From the NCBI GenBank assembly GCA_964546335.1, contig CAZJJN010000006.1, positions 12,120 through 76,119 on the forward strand: 64,000 nt of DNA, in the 5' to 3' direction. Position 1 is the stretch's first letter. Every line of letters starts with the position of its first letter. The notes beneath the pieces were generated by a model. That model searched no databases and had not been told where the DNA came from. It was given only the letters and a program-made list of their open reading frames with translations. Shown piece after piece: positions 56,749 to 64,000 of the stretch. Source of the DNA: an uncultured Phycisphaeraceae bacterium. Its GTDB lineage: Bacteria; Planctomycetota; Phycisphaerae; Phycisphaerales; Phycisphaeraceae. The position numbers and the translations under genes were made by a program.

Positions 56749-56779
56749 TCCCCACGAGCCGCGACCGTGAGGGAGCGGA
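56749..56779. repeat. left arm of perfect inverted repeat
   Basis: 56750-56778 CCCCACGAGCCGCGACCGTGAGGGAGCGG is the exact reverse complement of 57224-57252. One further complementary base on each side gives 31 nt. Confidence 0.9.
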
Positions 56780-56824
56780 TATAAAAGCGGTGAAAAGTTA
56801 ACCCAAGCATCGAAAAAGAATGAC

Positions 56825-57124
56825 TTGATTATGAATGATGTAAATCTGCAAGAGGAACATGATGAGATCAACATTGGTGTTGAAGTTAATCTGCTTCTTG
56901 AGGCATGGGCTGATCGTCGCAATTATGATGAACTCTGTGAACTATGGGGTGGATATCGCTGTCTGAACGGCCTTACCGATGGCTGCGAAATATTCTTGAA
57001 ATCACTTAAAAGGCTTCGAGGTAGAGCACGTATGCAGGATACACAGGTAATTCATGACGCTGAAGCTAACAAAATTAATCTTCTGATCGGCGTCGTTAGC
57101 AGGATGCTGAATAATCGTCAGTAA
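56825..57124 (+). CDS. hypothetical 99-aa protein inside the inverted-repeat cassette
   Basis: The only ORF of at least 60 aa confined to the AT-rich segment between the arms. No family recognised and no obvious RBS checked. Confidence 0.4.
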   Translation: MIMNDVNLQEEHDEINIGVEVNLLLEAWADRRNYDELCELWGGYRCLNGLTDGCEIFLKSLKRLRGRARMQDTQVIHDAEANKINLLIGVVSRMLNNRQ

Positions 57125-57222
57125 AAATCACCATTTTGAATTGATCGCTGTTTATGCCATTAGAAATTTGAGTTGGGGGTGATTGTATGTAGCATTTCAC
57201 ACTCCTTATGCAGTGCAGGTCT

Positions 57223-57253
57223 TCCGCTCCCTCACGGTCGCGGCTCGTGGGGA
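57223..57253. repeat. right arm of perfect inverted repeat
   Basis: 57224-57252 CCGCTCCCTCACGGTCGCGGCTCGTGGGG is the reverse complement of the left arm. Confidence 0.9.
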
Positions 57254-57316
57254 GTCAAGGCAACTTGATGCCAGCTAAACGCGCAAGCATTGAAAAGTCA
57301 CGTTCATACTTGAGTC

Positions 57317-59374
57317 TCAGCGTCCTTCCTCACGAAACAGCCATTCTTCTTCAAGCAATTCCAGTTCACTGGCCAGACCGTCGCGCTGGGTCATCATCTT
57401 TTCCATATCGATGGTACTGACTTCGCGATACGTATTCGGGTCAGCCAGTTTTTTGTCAAGTTTGCCAATCTCTTTTTCCAGTTCCGCGATGCGGCCTTCC
57501 AATTTGGCATCGCTGTATTTCGTGTGTGCCCCGCGACGCTCGCCTTTGGTAGCGGCGTCTTTGGCTTTAGCAACTGGTTGCGTCTCTTTCACAGTGGGTT
57601 GGCTTGCCTTCTCCTTGGCTGGCTTCGACTGAAGTTGTTGCTCCGTCTTGGCAACCGCGGTTGATTCAATGCTGACGTTCTGCTTTTCCAGCTTTTCACG
57701 TTCAGCCAGGTAATCGCTGTACTTGCCATACATGTGGCGGATGCTACCTTCGCCATCGAGAATGATCAGTTGATCGACCAGATCATCCAGCAGCATGCGG
57801 TCGTGGGTGATCAGGATGAGTGAGCCTGGCGCATCGCGTCGTCGATCATCAACCTGACAGAATTGCTTGAGCGCGCCTTCCAGGCGTTCGGCACTGGGAA
57901 TGTCCAGGTGATTGGTCGGCTCGTCGAGCACCAGTAAGTTGTGGCCTCCGGCGACGAGAGTGGCGATGCGTGCCCGGCTGCGTTCCCCGCCTGACAGCAT
58001 GCCCAATTGCTTTTCCTGATCGATCCCGCTGAAAAGAAAAGCACCAGCGAGGTCGCGTGCTTCCTGCTCACCGAGTTCGGTGCTGAACTTGATGTATTCG
58101 ATGACCGTCAACTCAAGGTTCATGTCCTCATGCGTCTGGCGGAAGTAGCCCACGTCAACACCAGTGCCCAGCCGAACCTGCCCTTTGTCGCTGGCCAGCG
58201 TCTCAAGCAGACAGGCAACCAAAGTAGATTTGCCTGCACCGTTAGGCCCGATGATGCCGACGCGGTCGCCGCGTTTCATCGAGAAATCGAAGTCGGTGAA
58301 CAACGGTTTCGTATCGTAATTCTTGGTCAGGCCCAGACAGGAGATGAGGTTTTCGCTGCATCGCTTGGCTTTGCGCAGTTGCAGGTTCATCACGCCATGT
58401 TCGCTGGGGCGGTCGATTCCTTCGTTGGATATCAGACGTTCCAGCTTGCGTTCGCGCCCGGCAGCCTGCTTGGCGCGTTGACCTGCGCGGTAGCGGTCGA
58501 TGAACGCTTTTTCCTGTCGGATTTTGACCTGCTGCTTTTCATACTCGCGTTGACGCACCAACTGCCGTTCAGCCCGTAGTTCCACGTATTTCTGGTAGTT
58601 GCCGGGGTAATCAATGAGGCGGCCTTCTTCCAACTCGTAAATACATGTCACGACGCGATCCAGAAGCCAACGGTCGTGACTGATGAGAATCACCGCACTG
58701 GGAGATTCACTGAGATACTCTTCCAGCCATTCTCGCCCGGCGATATCGAGGTGGTTGGTCGGTTCATCCAGCAGCAGGACATCCGGCTCGGACAGCAGTA
58801 GCTTGGCCAGTGAGAGTCTGCCTTTCTGGCCGCCGGACAGGTCGGCGACTTTGACATCAAACAGGTTGTCGGTGATGCCCACGCCATGCAGCACGGCTTC
58901 GACCCGGTGAGCGGTGGTCAGTCCGCCAGCCGCTTCGATCTGATGCTCGACCTGTTCGTATTCGCGCATCAGGCGATCAAGGGCATCGCCTTTAGCTTCG
59001 GCCATGTCATGGGCGAGTTTTTCGAGCTTGGTCTGCAATTCTTCGACGTGGGCGAAGGCGCGTTTGGCTTCTTCGAGAAGCGTCAGGTCGAGATTGAGCT
59101 TGGGATCTTGCGTGAGGTAGCCGACGGTCGCGTTGCGGGCGAGTTGGATTTGGCCTTTGTCGGCTTGCAGGCCGGGCAAACCAGCCATGAGCTTGAGAAG
59201 GGTTGATTTTCCCGTGCCATTGCGTCCGACCAGGCCGACGTGTTCGCCTGCTTCGAGGGTGATCGAGGCCCCGTCGAGGATACGGCGGGTGCCAAAGGAA
59301 AGTTCGATGTTAGCAGCAGCGAGGATGGCCATGGGGCCAAAGGGTAGCAAAGACTGGCCGGCAAGGTCGTTCAC
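57317..59374 (-). CDS. ABC-F family ATPase (two ABC domains, C-terminal coiled coil; Uup-like)
   Basis: Two Walker A sites ('GRNGTGKST', 'GPNGAGKST'), two signatures ('LSGGQKGRLSLA', 'LSGGERSRARIA'), no TM domain, and 'KLEGRIAELEKEIGKLDKKLADPNTY'. An alternative start is 59332. Confidence 0.9.
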   Translation of the reverse strand: MNDLAGQSLLPFGPMAILAAANIELSFGTRRILDGASITLEAGEHVGLVGRNGTGKSTLLKLMAGLPGLQADKGQIQLARNATVGYLTQDPKLNLDLTLLEEAKRAFAHVEELQTKLEKLAHDMAEAKGDALDRLMREYEQVEHQIEAAGGLTTAHRVEAVLHGVGITDNLFDVKVADLSGGQKGRLSLAKLLLSEPDVLLLDEPTNHLDIAGREWLEEYLSESPSAVILISHDRWLLDRVVTCIYELEEGRLIDYPGNYQKYVELRAERQLVRQREYEKQQVKIRQEKAFIDRYRAGQRAKQAAGRERKLERLISNEGIDRPSEHGVMNLQLRKAKRCSENLISCLGLTKNYDTKPLFTDFDFSMKRGDRVGIIGPNGAGKSTLVACLLETLASDKGQVRLGTGVDVGYFRQTHEDMNLELTVIEYIKFSTELGEQEARDLAGAFLFSGIDQEKQLGMLSGGERSRARIATLVAGGHNLLVLDEPTNHLDIPSAERLEGALKQFCQVDDRRRDAPGSLILITHDRMLLDDLVDQLIILDGEGSIRHMYGKYSDYLAEREKLEKQNVSIESTAVAKTEQQLQSKPAKEKASQPTVKETQPVAKAKDAATKGERRGAHTKYSDAKLEGRIAELEKEIGKLDKKLADPNTYREVSTIDMEKMMTQRDGLASELELLEEEWLFREEGR

Positions 59375-59664
59375 ATGTCCGATGCGGATAACTCGTTTAT
59401 TCGGTCTATGAAAATTCTTTGCGGGTTAACAGTGTTCGCTTGGTGATAACTCTTGCGCGGACGTGCGCGGCTCACGCGCGATTGTGCGCAATGATTGCTT
59501 TATAAAAGATTTACAAAATTTCCCATGAAGTTGAAGTTTGCAGTTGTCCGATAAGACCAAGTAGTCAGAGTCGTTTATCTCAGCCCACGAAGCGACCCGA
59601 TAACGACTTGTGGCAAGTGGTCGGGAAGTGGTGTCCTGACGGTTCATAGCCCCTGACGAGGAAG

Positions 59665-61053
59665 ATGCTCATGCAACGTTCTGCTTTCAATCGTTCGCTT
59701 CTGGCTGGTCTGTCTCTTCTTGCGATCGGGACATTCATGCCTGGCTGCGAAACGACGCAATACAACGGAGCATGGAGTTTTGGTGGCAATCGTCAGGAAG
59801 CCCGGTCACAGAAGCAGGAACTGGTCACGCTGCAACGCGAGGTGGATCAGACCCGCACTCAACAGGCAAACAACCAGCCTTCCGAGGCTCAGATCGCGCA
59901 GAACGCGCAGCAGCAGTACGAGCAGTACCTGGCTTCGCAAGGCGTGGTCAATGGGGCAACACAATCAACGACTGCAAGCAGTTCTGATGTGATGTTCGCT
60001 GCTTCCAACGAGCAACCCAATCAGGACCCACGAACGCTGGGTCTATATGGCAGCCTGCCCACTTCGACGGATGTGGATACGACAGGCATGGATACCTCAT
60101 CCAACACGACGCAGGTCAGTTTCACTCAGGAGGGGGCTGACTTCGATCCGGAAATTGATTTGACTGGCAAACGATTTGTCTTTGCCTCGACGCGCCATCG
60201 CAAGACGGCGGATATCTATCTGCAGCCGGTGGGTGGCACGACAGTGACGCAGGTCACCAATGACCCAGCCAACGATGTGATGCCCACGTTCAGTCCGGAT
60301 GGCCAAAGCGTGGCCTTCGCTTCGGATCGTGGGGGCAACTGGGATATCTGGATCGTCGATCTCAAAGGGGGCAAGCCTGTGCAGGTGACGAACTCACCGA
60401 CTCAGGATTTGCATCCCAGCTTCAGTCCGGACGGTTCTCAACTGATTTTCTGCAGCTTCGGCAGCCGAAGCGGGCAGTGGGAATTGTGGATCGTGGATGT
60501 GAACAACCCGGCCAAGCGTCGGCAGGTGGGCTACGGCCTGTTCCCGGTGTGGTCGCCAGTGGAGAACAAGATTGTTTTTCAACGGGCCCGTCAACGGGGC
60601 AACCGTTTATTCAGTGTCTGGACGATTGACCTGGATGATGGCGAAGCCAAGCGACCGACAGAAATCGCAGCCAGCAGTAACGCGGCTGTCATCACGCCGG
60701 CCTGGAGTCCGGATGGCAAGTACCTGACATTCAGCACGGTCTTGAACGCCAAGCCGGGCAATGTGACGGAGAAGCCCAAGCAGGCGGATGTGTGGATGGT
60801 CGATCTGGCAGGCAAGCAGCGTGTGAACCTGACGCGCAGCCAGTTCTCTGATGTCCAGCCGACCTGGGGCCCTGATGGCACGATTTACTTCGTCTCGAAT
60901 CGCGGGAAGAATGGCATCGAAAATGTCTGGCAGATGAGGCCTGACAAAGCAGAACAGTTCGCTCGCGAGGATTTCAAGACGAAAGATGCCACGGCCAAGA
61001 CCCCGGAGCCAACGGGTGAGGGGGCGACCGTGATCGCGCCGGACGGCAACTGA
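59665..61053 (+). CDS. TolB-like periplasmic beta-propeller protein
   Basis: Signal with Cys ('LLAIGTFMPGCETT'), then repeated 'P.FSPDG..(V/L).F.S.R.G..(D/E)(I/L)W' blades ('PTFSPDGQSVAFASDRGGNWDIWIVDL', 'PSFSPDGSQLIFCS', 'PAWSPDGKYLTFS'). Confidence 0.8.
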   Translation: MLMQRSAFNRSLLAGLSLLAIGTFMPGCETTQYNGAWSFGGNRQEARSQKQELVTLQREVDQTRTQQANNQPSEAQIAQNAQQQYEQYLASQGVVNGATQSTTASSSDVMFAASNEQPNQDPRTLGLYGSLPTSTDVDTTGMDTSSNTTQVSFTQEGADFDPEIDLTGKRFVFASTRHRKTADIYLQPVGGTTVTQVTNDPANDVMPTFSPDGQSVAFASDRGGNWDIWIVDLKGGKPVQVTNSPTQDLHPSFSPDGSQLIFCSFGSRSGQWELWIVDVNNPAKRRQVGYGLFPVWSPVENKIVFQRARQRGNRLFSVWTIDLDDGEAKRPTEIAASSNAAVITPAWSPDGKYLTFSTVLNAKPGNVTEKPKQADVWMVDLAGKQRVNLTRSQFSDVQPTWGPDGTIYFVSNRGKNGIENVWQMRPDKAEQFAREDFKTKDATAKTPEPTGEGATVIAPDGN

Positions 61054-61068
61054 ACGAAACTCAATAAG

Positions 61069-61089
61069 CCGATGCGATGGTCGCATCGG
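61069..61089 (+). terminator. stem-loop after the TolB-like gene (weak terminator candidate)
   Basis: CCGATGCGA-tgg-TCGCATCGG, a 9-bp perfect stem. The U-tract that follows is poor. Confidence 0.35.
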
Positions 61090-61137
61090 TTGGAATGACA
61101 CGGCGAGCGGAGGCTTGCCCATGAGCGGCAGGATGCC

Positions 61138-61980
61138 ATGACAAGTGAAAAGGCCATACCGAATCGGTGCCGACTGATCAGCGTTGGACTGTTGATGTTG
61201 GTGATGTGCTTACCGGGTTGTGTCACGTTGGACGGATCAGACTTTGTGTTGATCCCGGCTCAGCCTGCCAAACCCCTGGCCAGTCCCTATTCGCAGAGAC
61301 ATGTCTTTGCGGTGGCGCCGCTCAACAATGAGAGTGGCAGCTTGTATGCCGACCGCATTGAACTGGCGGACAAGATGCGCGGGCACTTGGAGAACACGTC
61401 GAATATCGACGCCGTTTCCATGTCGCGGGTGTTGGATGCCATGGGCCAGTTGGGCTTAAACGAAATTCGCAGCAAGGGTGATGCCTTGGCATTACTCCAG
61501 GCATTGGAAGTGGACGGGTTGGTCGTTGGGACAGTCACCAATTACGACCCGTACGACCCACCCAAGCTGGGGCTGGCGATGGAGCTTTACATCGACGACC
61601 GCATGACCGCCAGCGAAGTGGTGGACCCGCGGGTGATGTCGAACCTGACCAGCGATGTGAATGCCTTGCCTTCGCTCACGGCTGCGGAGCAGCCCGTGTC
61701 TGTCATCAGTGCGGAATTGAACGCGGAAAACCCGGATGTGCGTGGTGCGATGGACGCCTACGCGGTGAAGCGGGGTGCCCAGGATTTGAAAGATGAAGCC
61801 GGGCATCGGTATCGAAAGAGTATGGCCTTGTACAGTGACTTTGCGATGTTCGTCATGACCTATCGCCTGATGCAGGCAGAGGACTTTCGACTTCAGCGCG
61901 AAGCACTGGAACACGAAAAACGTCAGTTGGAAGCCCAGTCCACTTCGGACGGGCCAAGCCTGACCACTGCCGACCGCTGA
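61138..61980 (+). CDS. putative lipoprotein, hypothetical
   Basis: 'LLMLVMCLPGCVTLDG' is a signal with Cys. 280 aa. Co-directional with the TolB-like gene. No family recognised. Confidence 0.6.
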   Translation: MTSEKAIPNRCRLISVGLLMLVMCLPGCVTLDGSDFVLIPAQPAKPLASPYSQRHVFAVAPLNNESGSLYADRIELADKMRGHLENTSNIDAVSMSRVLDAMGQLGLNEIRSKGDALALLQALEVDGLVVGTVTNYDPYDPPKLGLAMELYIDDRMTASEVVDPRVMSNLTSDVNALPSLTAAEQPVSVISAELNAENPDVRGAMDAYAVKRGAQDLKDEAGHRYRKSMALYSDFAMFVMTYRLMQAEDFRLQREALEHEKRQLEAQSTSDGPSLTTADR

Positions 61981-62020
61981 CCTGTTGTCTCAACGGGTCG
62001 CATCGGCCCGGAGAGACGAC

Positions 62021-62371
62021 ATGACCAACGACTCATCCTCATTGCCGAACAACCCGTCAGACGCGGGAGATGCCTTGTCTTGTGCAACCAACAAAGGCAT
62101 GCCCGGCGAACCTGTCGAAGTTCAGGCCCAGCGTTCAGTCTTTGAGACGGCTGGGGAAGGCGATCATCGCGAGCTAGTGCTGGTGCACGGCCAATCTCGC
62201 ACGGTGATTAGTTATCGCATGGGCGAGGAGGCAGGGGTCTTCAAGCAGATTGAGCAACTTGCTGAAGATCGCACCACCGGTGTCGATTGGTACGACGCGG
62301 CGCTCATGGCTCACGAGATGGGCAAGCGATTGAAAGAAATTGTTCGACATAAACGTGCCCGCGCGGGTTAG
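62021..62371 (+). CDS. hypothetical protein
   Basis: GGAGAG precedes the ATG at 62021 (ORF-track TTG start at 61985). 116 aa, no family recognised. Confidence 0.45.
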   Translation: MTNDSSSLPNNPSDAGDALSCATNKGMPGEPVEVQAQRSVFETAGEGDHRELVLVHGQSRTVISYRMGEEAGVFKQIEQLAEDRTTGVDWYDAALMAHEMGKRLKEIVRHKRARAG

Positions 62372-62454
62372 CCAACTCCAGCGGCAACGGATTTGCTTAA
62401 AGCGTTCATTGAATGTCATTGCAAGATATACCAACTCCACGGAAGGACAGGGCC

Positions 62455-63477
62455 ATGCCTGATACAAACGGATTTGTCAGCCAGTTCATTGATTACCTGA
62501 AGTTCGAACGACACTTCAGCCATTACACCGCACGTTGCTATGAAGCCGACCTGAAACAATTCGCAGAATACCTTGAAAACAAGGCCAAACCTGCGATTGA
62601 GGACAGGCCTCCCACCACGGAGAACGGGCAGTTGCTGGCAACACCAGCGACACCTCAGGCGACTCCTGAAGCGGAGTTTTCATTGGATCAGTCGATGCGC
62701 CAGGCGGATGTGATGACGGTTCGCGGGTTCCTCGCACACCTGGATCAATTCGGCTACAGCCCGGCAACGATTGCGCGAAAGATCGCAACTTTGCGCAGCT
62801 TTTATAAGTGGATGCAGAAGGGCAGTCACGTCGAAGTGAACCCGATGGTCATGATTCGCACGCCCAAGCAGACCAAGCGCCTGCCCAAGGCCATCACCGT
62901 CGAGCAGGTGGACAAACTGCTGTCCATGCCTGACAACCGCGACACACTGGGTAGCCGAGACCGTGCGATTCTGGAAACGCTTTATTCCACGGGCGTGCGC
63001 GTCAGTGAATTGGTCGATCTCAATCGCAGTGATCTGGACATGCAGGAGCAGACGATGCGTGTGCGCGGCAAGGGTAAGCGCGAACGTATCGTGCCCTTGG
63101 GCACCCATGCCATGGCTGCGATCCGCCATTACCTGACGTTGCTTGATCCTGATCCCCGCTTCAAGCGGATGCGTGAGGCATTGCTGATGGGGGCGAGCGT
63201 GCCTTTGTTCATCAACAAGAATGGTGGCAGGCTCAGCAGCCGCAGCGTCCGACGTAAGCTGGACAAGTATCTGGGCATGTGTGGCCTGGATAGCACCATC
63301 AGCCCGCACACCTTGCGTCACAGCTTCGCCACGCATCTTCTGGACAACGGGGCCGACCTGCGCAGCGTGCAGGAACTGCTTGGCCATCAGTCACTGTCCA
63401 CGACACAGATTTACACCCACCTGTCGAGTATGCGGTTGCGACATTCATACAACGAAGCCCATCCCCGTGCAGTGTGA
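62455..63477 (+). CDS. tyrosine recombinase, XerC/XerD type
   Basis: 'RDRAILETLYSTGVRVSEL', 'GKGKRERIVPLG' and 'HTLRHSFATHLLDNGADLRSVQELLGHQSLSTTQIYTH' carry the R..H-R-H..Y catalytic set. GGAAGGA precedes the ATG at 62455. Confidence 0.9.
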   Translation: MPDTNGFVSQFIDYLKFERHFSHYTARCYEADLKQFAEYLENKAKPAIEDRPPTTENGQLLATPATPQATPEAEFSLDQSMRQADVMTVRGFLAHLDQFGYSPATIARKIATLRSFYKWMQKGSHVEVNPMVMIRTPKQTKRLPKAITVEQVDKLLSMPDNRDTLGSRDRAILETLYSTGVRVSELVDLNRSDLDMQEQTMRVRGKGKRERIVPLGTHAMAAIRHYLTLLDPDPRFKRMREALLMGASVPLFINKNGGRLSSRSVRRKLDKYLGMCGLDSTISPHTLRHSFATHLLDNGADLRSVQELLGHQSLSTTQIYTHLSSMRLRHSYNEAHPRAV

Positions 63478-63569
63478 TGGCCTGATCGCAAAAACGTCGT
63501 TCGTGGGTCACGACATGCAATGACACCAGACAGCCTCGCATGGAAGGTTCACGCCGTGCGAGGTTTTCT

Positions 63570-64000
63570 ATGATCTGTTGTGTGGTTGACGACAAGATGA
63601 CAAAAGGCAAAGGCAAATCTGAGAAGGATACGAGCACCCCTCTGGTGCGTGTCCGAGGCACTGGCCCGGTCGATTTCCGTTCAATCCTGCTGGTGCTAAT
63701 GACTGCCTTATTGCTTTGGCTGAGTTTCCCGCCTGTCGGTTGGGGGTGGTTGGGTTTGTTTGCGTTGATGCCTTTGGGATACGCCGCAGTATCCACGCGC
63801 CGACCCAAACAGATGATGCTGTGGGCGTGGGGCATAGGTTGGCTGTGGTGGCTGTGGGTGATGCATTGGTTGAGCATGGTGACCTGGGCGGGCTATCTGG
63901 TCGGTTGCTTGTATCTGGCAATCTATTGGGGGTTGGCTTTGGGTGGCATCCGCCTGCTGTATCGTCATCTGCATCTGCCTTTGGTGATCGCGCTGCCTTT
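63570..64000 (+). CDS. lnt: apolipoprotein N-acyltransferase, N-terminal part (runs off the window)
   Basis: My own translation of the open frame gives 'M(ICCVVDDKM)TKGKGK...ILLVLMTALLLWLSFPPVGWGWLGLFALMPL...'. This is the Lnt N-terminal 'LSFPP...W.L..(V/L)AL.PL' pattern. It is absent from the ORF track because no stop is reached. Confidence 0.7.
   Translation, partial: MICCVVDDKMTKGKGKSEKDTSTPLVRVRGTGPVDFRSILLVLMTALLLWLSFPPVGWGWLGLFALMPLGYAAVSTRRPKQMMLWAWGIGWLWWLWVMHWLSMVTWAGYLVGCLYLAIYWGLALGGIRLLYRHLHLPLVIALP

Noticed and set aside
55759-56922. 387-aa minus-strand ORF crossing scpA and the left inverted-repeat arm
   Set aside because: It is antisense to scpA over most of its length. It is kept open only by composition and shows no family signal.
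59426-59647. 73-aa minus-strand ORF in the ABC-F/TolB intergenic region
   Set aside because: No RBS or family signal is present. It lies in an AT-rich promoter region, so it is probably non-coding.
62413-64000. Tyrosine recombinase as a marker of an integrated element or prophage boundary
   Set aside because: The sequence is XerC/XerD-like. No tRNA, att-like direct repeats or phage genes flank it, and its neighbours (tolB-like, lnt) are housekeeping.
1-64000. tRNA, rRNA, tmRNA, RNase P and riboswitch candidates in intergenic gaps
   Set aside because: Visual inspection of every gap longer than 80 nt showed no cloverleaf-compatible or otherwise recognisable RNA-gene sequence. This negative result is weak without tRNAscan or Infernal.

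Overview
The window reads as chromosomal DNA from a Planctomycetota-like bacterium. This placement is an inference from several features: a prepilin-leader DUF1559-type protein, a PEP-CTERM protein, a Cys-type sulfatase, and a giant secreted protein with an N-terminal 'LEPRLLLS' motif, FN3 repeats and a dockerin. Coding density is high and most genes are housekeeping: serA, lgt, rnr, pepA, sthA, metG, hisD, hpt, murJ, fdx, kdsC/kdsD/waaA, scpA, an ABC-F ATPase, a Xer-type recombinase and a partial lnt. I found no rRNA, tRNA or CRISPR array by eye. Several items do not fit the housekeeping background. (1) A perfect 29-31 bp inverted repeat brackets a ~445 bp AT-rich cassette holding one orphan ORF, between scpA and the ABC-F gene. 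(2) A small AT-rich islet carries an orphan Cys/His-motif protein plus a MazF/RHH toxin-antitoxin pair with an operator palindrome. (3) A solitary Cas2-like VapD gene is present. (4) A single ORF fuses VanZ, VanZ and MurJ. (5) A 1908-aa modular surface protein contains a thrice-repeated module and sits next to an XylR-type regulator. (6) Sulfotransferase, MMPL-transporter, GT4 and methyltransferase genes are clustered. (7) Related 9-nt tandem repeats occur once in frame inside metG and once intergenic. (8) Decayed IS and aldo/keto reductase fragments are present. All family calls rest on motif recognition from the supplied translations. No searches or alignments were run.
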